DNA of 64,000 nucleotides from Phoronis australis (lineage: Eukaryota > Animalia > Phoronida). The translations under genes were made by a program, and so were the position numbers. Location of the stretch: NCBI GenBank assembly GCA_002633005.1, contig NMRA01000113.1:903194-967193 (forward strand), in the 5' to 3' direction. The notes under the pieces are model-generated. The model worked only from the letters and a program-made list of their open reading frames with translations. It made no database searches and had not been told where the DNA came from. Of the stretch, positions 14,481-27,914 are shown one piece after another (positions within the stretch are counted from its first letter, which is position 1; each line of letters begins with the position of its first letter).

Positions 14481-17400
14481 TTAATTGTCTTCTTCATCTG
14501 TGTCTTCTGCCAGTACCAGGGACTGATCAGCTGTTGGCTTCTGAGAAGTAACTGATGACTGAGACAGACCAAAGAACAGCGACTTAAACTGGAAATAACC
14601 ATTGCATACTGTCAGTTTATAATAAAAAAACAAGTTATTAAACGTACAGAAAGCAACGTGCAGCCTTAAAATGAGCCCACAACTGCACCACAAATGATGT
14701 GCTTCTAGGGGTGTTTACCAATATGGCCATTGGATGGTGCAAAATACGTCGAACTCATCCAAAAATGAAAAAGCATTGTCTCCTTAATAGAAAAGTATTT
14801 GCCAAATGTCATGAAAATCTGTCAAGGAACACTAAAGACACAGAAGCAAAGTTGATAAAACAAATTGCCACTAGGAGGCACAGCGGTAGTCAAATTCAAC
14901 CGTTAGACCTCCCATTAACAGGAATTCACTTGCCAAATTTCCAAAAGATCTTTTAAGGGGTTTCTGTAGTCAGATAAATCCGAAAGTTGTCATCATCCGT
15001 TGTCAAGTTCATAGAATTACGACAAGTTTGACAAAGATCTTGCATGAAGGGGTATAGGACAAGACGCAAAAAAGGGAAAACTGCCACTAGAGGGCATCAC
15101 AGTAGTCAAAGTCCCTCAAAAATTATTGTCACCCATGTTCACCCCGGTAAAAACACATACACCAATTTTAAGCAAGATCTTATTGAGTCATTTGACATGA
15201 GAGAGGCAGGTCCCAAAAACAGATTAAAAAAATAATAAAAATGGCCAATAGGTGCCATACATTACGTCAAATCCAGCTGAAGACGGGAAGGTGTCATTGC
15301 CTCTTTCATAGAAACCTATCAGCCAAATTTCATGAATATTGGTTGGGTAACTCCAAAGACAGAAGAAAATGGAAATGAATAAAATTGCCACAAGGAGGCA
15401 CAGCAGTAGTTGGATACATCCAAAAATAATCGTCAGCCATGTTCTTCACAGTAGGAACACCTGTGGCCCTCCAGATGGCGTAAAATATGTTAAATCCAAC
15501 TGAAAATCAGAAGGTGGTGTCATCTCCCTAATATCTGTCAGAAAATTTGCTCATGTGATCTCATCCATATTGGAACATAATTATATGCAAAATCATGTGA
15601 ACATTCATCCAGGGCTTATGGAGGTACAGCAGCGGACGGCGGAGAGGGATGACAGCATAATGTGCCCACATAAAAATGGCCACCAGATGGCGCACAATAT
15701 GTCAAATCCATCCCAATGTGGACAGGTGTTGTCGTTTTCATAACAAAAACTTGTTTGCCAAATTTTATGAAAAACCATCCACGAAGGTCCTGCAAAGGAT
15801 TAGGGAGATATGGACATGGAAGCAAGACAAAATCACGACTAAGTGGTGCCAGTAGTCAAACCCGTCTGAAAAGCAATGTCAGCCAATGTCATCTGATTAC
15901 TAACACGTCTGCCAAGTTTCATAATGATCCTCGTGGTGGTTTAGCGGATAAAGAGGCAAACAGCTAAAAGGACCCAAAATAATCAAAATGGCCACCAGGT
16001 GCCACAGAATACATTGAATACTAAAAATAGAAAGGCATCCTTGTCTCCTTAATTCAAACCTATTTTGCCAACTTTCACAAAATCCCATCAATGAGCTCTT
16101 GAAGCTACAGGACACAACAGTAGTTGAACTAGTTTGAAACTCTTGGTCATCTGCTGTCAGCTTCACAGGAAAACATGCTAATTTTTTAATTTTCACAAAG
16201 GGCAAAGGAGATACCGTCGCGCACACAAAAAACAAAATCACCACTAGGGCGTGCCACAATAATTGAACCTGTCCAAAAATCAATGCCAGCCAGTTTTCTC
16301 ATCAGGAACAGATTTGCCAATTTGGCAGATAGAGGTGGGTGCCAAAAACAAGTAAACTTTAAAAATGGCCACCAGGTGGTGGTGTGTCAAATCCATCTGA
16401 AAATGGGAAGACATCATTGTGTTCTTAATAGGAACCTATTTGCCACATTTCATGAAAATCCATCAAGGAAGATACAGAGGCAAACATAATAAAACTAAAA
16501 TTGCCACTAGGGGGAGAGCTGTAGTTGGTTTGGTGCAAAACTCGTCCACATCTGTTGTCAGCTACACAGAAACACATCTGCCAATTCTCATTAAGATCCT
16601 GCAAGGGGTTAAGGACATACAGCAGCGGATACCATGTAACTGGACGCCCAGACAGCAATATGCACCCATATAAGTATAAGTGAGTGCATAAAAATGGCTC
16701 TTGACCTATTTCAATTTTCAGCAGTGGCATAATAAGCATATTCAGCACAGATGAAATAATTTATAACAGGAAGGAAGCAATTTAAAAATGAACATTTGTG
16801 GCCCCCATTCAACAAAACTTATGCGCTTGATAACAACAATAGCCTTACACCACCACAGGTCTCCCTTATGTGGACAAAACAAACTTAAAAAAATTGAGAT
16901 CACAAAAATTCATCACAAAATATCACCATGCCTTACAAAATAAGCATGCGATCAAATTACCTTTTATCGCGATAGTTTGGGATCTACACAACGTAGCTAG
17001 GTTACACTACAACTGCCGAATAATAGTTCGATGTCATGCCAACAGCTACGCTTTAAAGATCCACGAAATGAGCCTCAGCAGTGTTTGAAAATTTTTTATT
17101 TAAATATTTCACAACCAATTTGAAGGTCATTTCGTTTATAAACAGACAAAGCTCTACAACCTCACACAAAAAATTCCATCTGCTGTGAAAGTCACACTGG
17201 TCACAGGGGCTATGCACCTTACCCTTTTCCTTGGGGGAGTGCCAGGGACTTCATCATCAGTGAGCGAGTGACTTGGTTGGTCAGCGTCCATGAACATGTC
17301 CTTGTTCCTCTGAAATAAACACCAGTGTTGTAACAGAAAAGGCAAGTCAAGTGAAAACAAGAAAAGTGACCACGATGTAGACAATTTGTACGAGAATACA

Positions 17401-20400
17401 TGTAGAGAACTTATGAAAATCTATGACATTTAAGTTCAACCAAGGTACACAGCTCAATTTTAGTAAAAGAAAGTCTATTTTAACAGTGCAAAAAAGCCAA
17501 TGTGTGTTACATAATGCATGATCAATGAACTATCCAAACCAACATCCCATTACCTCGCCGGTTTGAACAGGAATAAGAGGACCAGAGGGAGCCAGAGTGT
17601 TCATGTCACCCCTGGGGATGTGTGCTGGCTGCTCTCTGCCACCTGGTGGTAGGCTCATTAAGTCATCTGTTAGTAACTCATCTAAGTCATCATTCATTAG
17701 ATCTTCATAGGCAGCTTCAAAACGAGCAGATATTGACTTGCGTTTTCTGAAAGGAATATATATCAAGAAATACAAAACATGGTTGAAAAAGAAAAAAGAA
17801 TACGGATAGCATAGTAGCTCCCTCTCTTAGCTTCTTTTGAAAATTCACGCAGTGGTACAGCAATTCTGTTTAGTGAAACTATACTAAGCAGGGTCCACAG
17901 CAAGCTCAAGTACATGAAAGAGGTGCTCTGACATGACCAACATAAGGATTTAATGACAGTGTACTACTCTCCACATACACGTTTAGGGGAACAGATTAAG
18001 AGTCAATATAAGGAAAGTTTAAGAGTATATGATTAAAGAAGTTAATGAAAATCAAGATACACAAAGGATTTAAAATTAATTCTACTCCAGTACCTTTCAG
18101 ATTCCACATTCATTTGTGTGCTTGTGTGAACTTTACTTGTACTTGGATGAGAGGAATCCATACTGATGTTCCTGTGTGAAAGTTCTTACATAAATCAACT
18201 ACATAACCACAATACTAAAATAAACAGTTGGTAAAATTCAACCTTCACATTATTCAATATAGTAAAGATGGTGTAAGTATTCCTTTCATACAGTGACACT
18301 GGACTAAGTTGTTATTCTTTTAACTAAACATTCTTTTGTGAGGATACAGACAGGCCACAGGAACAATTAGCTAGCTGCAGGAAGGCGAAATCATTGGGGA
18401 GTCTCATTCAAGTTTGTCAAAGTCCTTGAAAGAACTATTTCAATTCAGTGCTAATTATGTGTGCAGGCATACCCTCCACCTGCTGCAGTCCCAATCATGT
18501 CATTATTCTATTTATCTCCAGGCAACAAAACATAGCTTACCTTGTAGTGTTTTTGACCTGCTTACTCGGCTGAAATGATTGAGAATTAGACACACCTTGG
18601 GGTGCTAAAGTAGCCAGCACAAAGTTACCCTCAAATGTTGGGTCACTGTCAATGCAGAAGACAATAGGTCTGAAATGAAATATAATTACCGATTAATTAT
18701 CTCCTGATAAGCAAGAAATTCACCAACTCCTGTTATAAGTTTTCATAATTCAGAGAATTAAGAGTACCACCATGTCACTTAACAACTAACAAATGATTTT
18801 AAACGTGTTATAATTCTGGCAATTAGCAGTACTGTACTGCTGTGTCACTCAACAACTCCCTTCTAGTAGCAATGAGTTAGGTACAGTGCTTGGATAATGG
18901 AGCACTTGCACATTTATTATACCAGTAGGATCGCTAGTAAAGTGGGTCACTAAGGTCACCGACTTCCCATGTATTTGCAATCGGCTGGTGTTTTTCTTGG
19001 CCGCTGGTTTCTTGTACATTATTGATTTGTATATGAATGATATTTGTTGAAAACTTGTTTGTTTGATTAATAAAGTCCTTCTGTAGGTCATATACGTATT
19101 TTACACAGTAGAATGTTTTCTTAGACTAACTTTCGGCAAAAATGTGAGTGCCTAAGATTTAAAGGTCAATATCAATTAGTTACACCAGTTTCCAACAATT
19201 TTCATAAACATAATGGATATGTAATTTGCAAAAAAAAACTGACAATCAGCAATCACAGAACACAGCAAATACCTAAGAGGATGGAGATCGGCCCACACTC
19301 CCAGTGATCCTACTGGCAAAAATAAATATGCAAGTGTCCCATAACAATGTTTGAGATCATTAGTCAGTGTTCAACTGTGACTAAAATGGCAGCTGACAGT
19401 GTAAGCATGTACATCTTCCATAAAAATGTCCTTCATTGAAATTGATATTAAATGCAGCTGTCAGAGATGCAAGTGCTTAAGATATGAAACATGTCTTTAG
19501 CGCATATCTAATATCTCAGCTAATTCAATTGGAAATATACATTGTGTTGAGATCACCAGAAATTAGGAGGGTTATGTGATAATTTTCATACTTAAAGGGT
19601 TGTAAAACCTCAAAACTTGTGTTGATTTCACCACAAATCTGCATTGTTCTGTGATAAATATTGTCTCTGTATTCCATAAGTTTGACAATATTTATGATTC
19701 CCTTGAGATATGCTTTGGATATAAAAACATAAATGGAAAGTTAAAGTGAACAGACCTTTAGAAAATCTAACAAGACCTCGATGGTCTTGTTAACTTTGTC
19801 TTTTCTTGTTCTTTCACTTTTTGTCAAGAATGCACTGCCAGGATGTTAAAACCGATCTTGCCAAATTATGATGAGTTGAAATCATATAAATTATTTCTAA
19901 TTGCAATAAATGTAAATTATTACACAAAACTGATACAACACAAACTATAAAGATTTAACATTGCAGCATGACTTTAAAATATTACTATAACTTACTTCCC
20001 ACTACCTTCAAAATGGACAGAAATCGGAGAGTTTGATGACTCTGAGAATGCCAAGATGGCCTGAAATTTACCAAAACTTCATAATAATGACGCTGTCACA
20101 TTTCAAAATTAAATAAGAGCATAAGAGAGGATAACAGTAACATACAATACAAACACAGAGACCCAAAAATCATACTTTCAGAATTTTTCCAGCAACTTTA
20201 TACTTTTCAATGTTTTCCGCTTATTAACTGCCCTCAGTCAATGGTGCATCCGTCCTAACAATTATTAACTGACTTTGTTGACTCGCCTCTTTCTCCAGCT
20301 ATGCTGTCAAATCACGTGCCTGGCCACTGCAGCAAATTACATGCTTGTGCGTCATATACTGTGCACAAATATGAAACCAAGGAATTCGACCATGAAAAAT

Positions 20401-23400
20401 TTTTGGACTCATATGAGCTGGTTAATTTTAAAGTTAGTAAAGTTGCCTACTGAGAAATTGGTACGTTGTATGTGTTTGAACATTCTATCCATGTTTCATA
20501 AAAATGAAGTTTAGAAAAGGTATTGTACAGTAAGAGAAAATAGGACTTCTGGAACGAAACGTTGCCCGTGAGCGAATATCATAAAAAGGGTTCATTGCAA
20601 CTGTAGCACTGCTGCTTCAGTGGAGATGGGAACTAGGTAAAAGAAGTCACTGTGTACTTGAATGAATAAATTGATGGGACTTGAGCAACAATAGGTGTTC
20701 TACATGTTTATCATGTGACCAAGTACAATAACAACATGGAGTGCTAGAAAATATCTGCCTCAAAGAGAGTTGTTAACCATTTCTGGAGATACATATATTT
20801 TACAGAAAGAGGGAAGCACTATTAATGTTTCTAATCAGTTGATCAATGTACCAACTACTCACCCTAAGCTCCTTCAAGCAGAAGGTGACCTCACAGTCCA
20901 CTCCAACTTGATACCTTTCAAACTCTTCAGGCAGAAGACTGAGCTCGGTGCGAACCAACTTATTGGGATCTAAACAGTAAGGCAGAGTTTTACAGATCAT
21001 ACAAGAATTAGCATTGAAAGAATATGCGAATCTTGATTAAGTGTAACTATGAACAAAGTAAAATAGTTCTAACACTTCTTATGTTGTACTGAGATATATT
21101 TTCGCATCACATTAAAATTGTATAAGAGCAACACAGATACAAGGGGTGCTCAGTTTTTTCAAACATTTTCACACACTAGAGTGAGCAACACCTGTAAAAT
21201 TTAAAATTGAGTCTACAGGGGGCAGTGTAAGCCATATGAATATTAGTGAAAGTGTCAGAATATAGTCTGACAGTATTTTTAGTTGCATTGTTTTGTTTTG
21301 TTATTCTGTTTGATTGGCATGACCCCTGAGTTAAGTACAGTTATGGTGTAATTTGTTTACTACAAAATAGTGTGGAACTTTCTAGAAGACTGAGGTCAGA
21401 ATAGTGATGATGTAATTTGTTTACTGCAGTATAGTGTGGAACTTTCTACAAGACTCTAGCATGACAGTGATTAATGCAGTCCGGAATATTCTAGAGACTA
21501 GTACATGTTTGTAGAATGGTCGGGTAGATTCAGGAAAGTTCTAGAATATGCTTGAGTTGATGAAAAGTTCCAGAACAATGCATTAGGCTATAAATACACA
21601 AGCACGGGTTTGTGTTAGTCACTTGAGTCCAAGAAGATCAAGTCAGTTCAAGAGAAGATCAAGTCAGTTCAAGAGAAGATCAAGTCAGTTCAAGTAAGTC
21701 AATCAGGAGAACTACCGTTGAGTTGCAGTGAAGAGAATCAGCAGTTACAGCGATAGTCAATAGAGAGCCAGCTAAAGAGGCAGCAGGTTATTGAACCTAC
21801 GAGTGTAACAGTTGCTGGAAGTATCTCAAAGTTCATCACAAGTCACGGCTTCGCAGCACTGGCTGGAGCATCAACAGACATTACGTCGGACGTTTTGTTT
21901 GAGTAGGCTTGTGAATGTACGGTCGGGATTAATAAAGGATTAACTCGAACCAGTCTTCAGTCAATCGTCGCACCGAAAGCTATTAGCACCGGTCTGTAAC
22001 AGCCTGCGCCCAACCACACACGGGGAAAAACGTGACAGAAAGTAATCCTCATTGATATCGAGACTGCCACAAGAAAAACTGACATGCCACTAGGTGGCAT
22101 ACAATAATCGACAGCAGTTAATGCTCTCTTTAACAGAAACTCATTTGCCATGATGATTCGATATAAAGTAGTTCCGCAGATAGAGAAGCAGATAGCAAAC
22201 AAGAGCAGCAAAAAGTGTTGAAATACGCCCAAGACTGCACCGCAAACAGTATGCTTCCAGGGGTGTTGATTAGTCTCAAAAATGGCCACTAGTTGGGTAG
22301 AAAAAGTTGAACCCGTCCAAATATGGGAAGGCGTCATTTCCTTAATAAAAACCTATTTACTAAATTTGATGAAAATCCATCCAGAAACTCCTAAGACACA
22401 GAGGCAAATACAGAAAATAGAATTGCCACTTGGAAGCACAGCAGTGGTCAGATCCATCCAAATGAAGTGGTCATTCGTTTCCACATTCACAAGAATACAC
22501 TTGTCCTATTTCACAAAGATCACACAAAGGGTTCAAGAGATGCAGCTATGGATATAAAAAAAATTCACCAGGGGGCATCACAATAGTCAGACCTGCCTAA
22601 AAGTCAAGGTCAGTTGCGCAGCACAAAAGCATCAGCCAGTTTTCTAAATGATCCTTTGAGCAGTTTGACGGATGAGGCTGACGTAAAAACAGACTAAAAA
22701 ATAAAATGACTACTTGGTGGCGCATAATACATCTAATCCATCTAAAAATAAAAATCTTTTGTCGCCTTCCTAACAGAACCATGTTCCCAAATTTCATGAA
22801 ATTGTGTCATGGAACTCCAAAAACACAGAGGTAAATGTAAAAAAAATAAAATTCCCAATAGGAGTTAGAGCGGTGGTCAGATCTGTCCGAAAGTTGTCAT
22901 CATCTGTACAGCAGTACTCAGATCCATTCCACAGTCCTCATCAACCATCATCAGCTTCATAGAAACTCATCTGCTAAATTTCATGAAGATCCATCATCGG
23001 GTTTAGGAGATACAGCAGCAGACGCTGGACACTGGGGCACAGATGAAGGTATTATAATCACTCATATGTATATGCGACCGCATAATAATTATAACTGGCA
23101 TCAGCTTTATCATAAATTTGGAATTACCACCAAAAGCAGCAAACCCAATGACCATTGATCTTACCAGGTTCATCCTCAATGTAATTCTTGAAACAAACTT
23201 TCTCTGGATTAACAACCAGTGTAATTTCCTCCAGGTTCAGTTGAAAGTTTAACACAGCATCGCACAGTAGCCTTCAACAAAAGCAAAAACTAGATACGTA
23301 TCAACAACATCAACTGTCCACAGGCATTTAGCATTAGTTCTGGCCTGAGCAGGGCTCATTTTGAAGTAAACAAACACCTCATGGTTTACAAAAACAAAAA

Positions 23401-26400
23401 ACACACATGTCCAAATCATCTTTGGCAAAGTTATTATTCTTTTTTAATGCTAAATAATTACAAACTGATCAATGGTATTTTTCTTTGGTAATCAGCTCTT
23501 CCTTGACCACAATCGACTTAAAACATAAAAGAAGATCACAACTCTGAGTATTGAAGACTAAACCCATAACATACCTGGTCTGTGCAGCCAGCAGATTGGG
23601 GCACAAATCTTTAGAGAAGACAGCCTGTAGGGTCTCACATTCTATGAAGGCCAAATTGTGAGTTTTTGTGATCCCTGAGAAACAAACCAGAAACATAAAT
23701 GTGAAAAAAAACCAGTCGGTAGTATGGGCCAAGTGACAATACAGAATAACCAGAACAAAACTGTTTTAGCCATTAGGTTTCAGAACATGTCTCAACAAGC
23801 CAACTTTAACTCGTGATTAAATGATGTCTACTAAGCTAGTAAAGGTTTTGTCACCAATATGCAGATATCATGCACAAAATGTTGATTAAATACATTTGGA
23901 GCTCCAAGTTAGTTAGCGTTTACAAGATGTGCCTAGAACATTTGGTTTTAAGTCTTGTCTCCATCATCAACTTTACATATATATCTTGTACGTTCTTTTT
24001 ATCTATTTGTTGTGAGTATTTCTATGCTCTTAGAATCTGGTTTAATAACAATTTAACAACACGGCTTTGTTATTCATAACCAACAGATTAATGACAAGAC
24101 ATTCTATTTGCAGCATACTGCTGACTGACCGTGTTTACAGTACATCTGGAAGACCAGTCTATCAGCCTTCAAGTCCAATGACATCTCACATCTTTCTACT
24201 GTCTTCTCTATGGTAGAAAGTGACCTGAACACTGTCAGACATGTCTGAAAGATGGCAGCACCTGTTATTTCCTGACAGAATCATATCTTCAGAATCAGAG
24301 TTGTACCATGACAAGTATTTAGTATTTAGCTCTTGGAGGTCAACAGACAATGATCAACAACTGTAAATAAATCAAAAGATGTGAATATTAACTGTTCTGT
24401 GCATACACACAGCCGCACACATGGTAATATCAAGACTGACCTGAGACAGAGCTAAAGATAAACCTCCCCGAGCTGTAGAAGGCTACTTGAACAGATAGAT
24501 GAGATGGTGTACTGTTACCTTCATCCCAATCTTACAGCGTACAGACTCTTCATGATCATCCTCACAGTTACTACTGCCCACTCCATCATTGTAGTGTTGA
24601 AAGAAACTTGGTGAGAACACAAAACAGCCATAGGCAGAGCGAGTTGAGTTGACTGTCCTCAAAGCTAACTGTTTAAGGAAAGATAAATATAAAGTAATTT
24701 TTGAATCATTCCCGTTTCACAACTCTTACTCAGGTACGTACCACAAGCACTATGAATGAACATTTCAGTTTTGCCATTTTTTCCAAAGAGACAAGGTCAA
24801 ATGACCCAATTAATGACTTATTGACATAAAACTGTACTTTGGTAACAGTCCTGCATCCAAACAAATTGCAGTGCCGACGATCTGACAAATTGTATTGTGT
24901 ACAATGTGGAGTTCTTACTCATAACTTCATTTATTTATTTATTTTTGTAAGTGTCTGTGATTGCTGGCAGAAGTCACCCTACCCTCTATATCTTAAAATG
25001 TGTTAGCTCCCGAGGTTATTCACTCATAGCGCATTGTGCTTCATTCATAGCGCATTGTGGTTTTCACATGCTCTTATCATCTTAGTCTTGACATTGAAAA
25101 AGAACAAATTCACATATTCCGTTGTCTGTGTCCATGATCAGACAGTTGTCATAAATACAAGGGTTTATTCCATCTACTTGAAAGCAACAAACTCAAGATT
25201 CCATAATATACAAATGGTCAGATCTTCAACACAACATACTGACATATATAAATGGCAATTTTCTACTTTACTAAACTAATTTTTGGTTTTGTATAGTAGA
25301 TAAATCTGACTGACTGTAGTTTGTTCTTTGTCAATTAAGTACGAGAATCCACTAATGCCAATTGCCTGGACATCACTAACTTTACCTGTTGTGGGGAACC
25401 ACTCTACTTCGTGAGGTAAACAACAAAATGGCCAGACAAGCAAAAGCAATTGTGGCTATGGATACTCGCTGCACTTGAATCAAATCCCAAGCAACCAGAC
25501 CAGAGGAATGTGGCATATCTGGCTATGGACCTTTGCTGCCTCAAAGAGGAACTTATACACAGTAAAGAGAAACAATTTCTGCTGTTGACACTTGTTCTGG
25601 GGAATCACTGGACCCTACTGCATTTGACCAGACGTCAAAGTGACAAGACATGACCTGGGGAATCACTGATCAATCTGGGTAGGTTGAGTGAGATGACCAG
25701 ACAAGGGGAAGCAATTGTGAGTGCAGATGCTACCTGTGGACTGTAACTCAGGAACAAATAAAAAGGAACAACGACAGAGGAATGTGGCCTACCTGGTAAC
25801 AAACGTTTGTCTGGACGTTTGTTGACTTTTACCCTAGTTTCAAGGATTTTATACACGATATGTGGAACCAAGAAGCAACTTCTCCTGTGGACTAGCTCTA
25901 CTGTCATGGAGAGAAGTGAATTCAAAGAGAGATGACCAGGCTTAATCCGGAGAACCACTGATCGTTCTGGGTAGAAGGTTCATTAAGATGACTAAACAAG
26001 TGGAAGTAGTGATGGTTGTGGACACTATCTCTGAGCTGAATCAATGGGTTCAATTGACAAGCATCATCATCAATTGAAGATAAATGTGGCCTACACGACT
26101 ATGTACTTCTGCAACATCTCTTAGAGGGTTCTCATGAGTTTCAAATCAGGTGTTTTGTGAATTGGGCTAGATCTATGTGGCCTACGTATGTCCGATGCAG
26201 TTAAGACATTGGACCAACCGCAGTCTTTTTTTACTTGTCTGCAGTCGCCCTCAGTATGAGCCTGGGTTTCGATGGACAAAAGAAAGCCAGGAACGTTTGG
26301 AAATAGACCAGGCTGATATCTGCATTGAAAGCAGCTCTGGTCTGGAATACTCATTAGGTGGCAGATGTTGCTAGTGAAATCCACTGGCTGACTGAGAATA

Positions 26401-27779
26401 ACCACATACAACTACTTACTCCATGCTCAAGAGGTTCAAGGTAAAGTTCTTCTCCAATTTTTGAAAGCGAATGAACAGCTCTGCCAAAAACTGCAAAACA
26501 CAAACAAAACAGTAAAACAACATCACATAAGCATATTCCTTATAGTTTAGAAACTTGAAGCAAAACCAAGATGCTAAAAAATTTACGTATTAAAAACACA
26601 CTTATAAACCTGCCTTCCATTAAAAATAACTTTTAGTTAAGAATACCATTATAAATTCGGGGTTTGTTTCTTGGTGACTTCAAAGAGAAAGAAATTTAGA
26701 CTTTTACGCTCATAATTCCAAATTGCTGAATAAAAGTTCAGTTCTGTATTTATGAGTGGCACAAAAATGCAATTAGTCTTATTCTGCAGTTAAACTTGTG
26801 GAACGATCATACACATCAACTTTGAGTGCCATGAAGTAGTGTCATCTGTTGGGCCAATTTGTTTTTGCCGATTCTTCAAGGATTACACAAAGTTCATAAT
26901 GACGGAATTACAAGAAATGAATCGATTCACATTTCAAGTAATTTTTGAGTAATTCAATATCAGCAAATATCAAAATTCTGGGGAAATTTTGTTTCTGTGA
27001 AGTTTGCCCTCATTTTTTCAACATGAAAATCAAGCCAATGGCACGTGCTCATGAAAAGTGTAGTGTTTTAAAATTTATAAGTCGGACTTAGTCTTTTAAT
27101 TAATACAAAAGTGACAGTGATGTTGAGCAAATGACATTCGTTGTGTTCTTTTAAACTTCTAAAACGGAAAAAGTAGGTGACATTTGAATGTTGGAGTAAC
27201 AAAAACTTTCACACAGTTGAACGTGCTAGATCATGATTTTGATTTAAGTTTCAACTTCATTGCAAGAGAACCGCAATTAAGAGTTGTGAACTGAAAAAGC
27301 TCGATTCGATAAAATTGCCAAATTTTACCCACGGAATAGCTGCACTGCGACATATGGCTAAATGCTAAAAACAGATAGCGACAATTGCCTCTTGGTTTAG
27401 ACGTTTGACCGTCGCTCGCGACCTGGGTTCAAGTCCAACGGAGACACTGAAATTTATAGCATCGTCTGCAGAGTGCAGGGGTATGGCACGTTTTACCGCA
27501 TGCAAGCACATCGTCTACTCACCAAGTAGAAGGTGAGATGCGTATTGGAAGAGAGTAGAGGTTTCTATGGAAATGTCATATCTCGAGTGTCTAATTAGTA
27601 CGATTTAAGCTATGCCAGGCTGAATGAGTGACACAAAATTGCAGAATGACTGACTGCATGGGTAAGTGTACGTCCACTGACACAGATGTTAAAAGAAGAT
27701 CACACTTTAGCCACATAAAGGTGGGGTCATGTTTACCCTATATACCTTTAACATTTTGACCAGGAATAATGCACTTCAT
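14481..27779 (-). CDS. RAD9: Cell cycle checkpoint protein RAD9 (9-1-1 clamp subunit), about 447 aa
   Basis: 13 exons (-): 27779-27746, 26490-26420, 24668-24519, 24244-24130, 23674-23575, 23271-23165, 20969-20863, 20060-19996, 18669-18541, 18171-18094, 17746-17554, 17309-17223, 14588-14481; total 1344 nt in frame. Translation [51 protein letters not shown]...[16 protein letters not shown]...FVLATL...[16 protein letters not shown]...[11 protein letters not shown] matches RAD9A from end to end. Confidence 0.95.
14700..16695. repeat. Degenerate modular interspersed repeat (Helitron/HINE-like, inferred) rich in CTCF-like motifs
   Basis: Recurrent modules AAAATGGCCACCAGRTGGC, AAATTGCCACTAGRGGGC and TTGCCAAATTTCATGAAAATCC. 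Related copies at ~22280-23090, 30210-30660 (reverse), 34600-35035, 37210-37480 and 51995-52270 (reverse), several sharing a TTTTATRC..CCA.ATAT end. Confidence 0.7.
21253..22037 (+). mobile_element. Solo LTR (785 bp) in a RAD9 intron
   Basis: TGTCA...TGACA termini flanked by the perfect 5-bp direct repeat GAAAG (21248-21252, 22038-22042). Internal TATAAAT (~21589) and AATAAA (21931), plus a 21-bp triple repeat at 21631-21693. Confidence 0.85.
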
Positions 27780-27914
27780 TTCCAGAAAAAGACCTTTAAC
27801 TTCAACATTTTGAAATTGCGCGGAAAATATCCTTCTTCGACAGGTGGCGCTTCCCCATTTCTATCCAATGCAGAGGCACGTGACAAAGTTCATTCGGCAC
27901 AGAGCTGAGGTAAA
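27780..27914. promoter_or_regulatory. Compact bidirectional promoter RAD9/VPS29
   Basis: 135 bp between the divergent ATGs. Contains TTTGAA (CHR-like, 27809), GCGCGGAAA (E2F-like, 27818), CCAAT (27865) and CACGTGAC (E-box/CLEAR-like, 27877). Confidence 0.7.
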
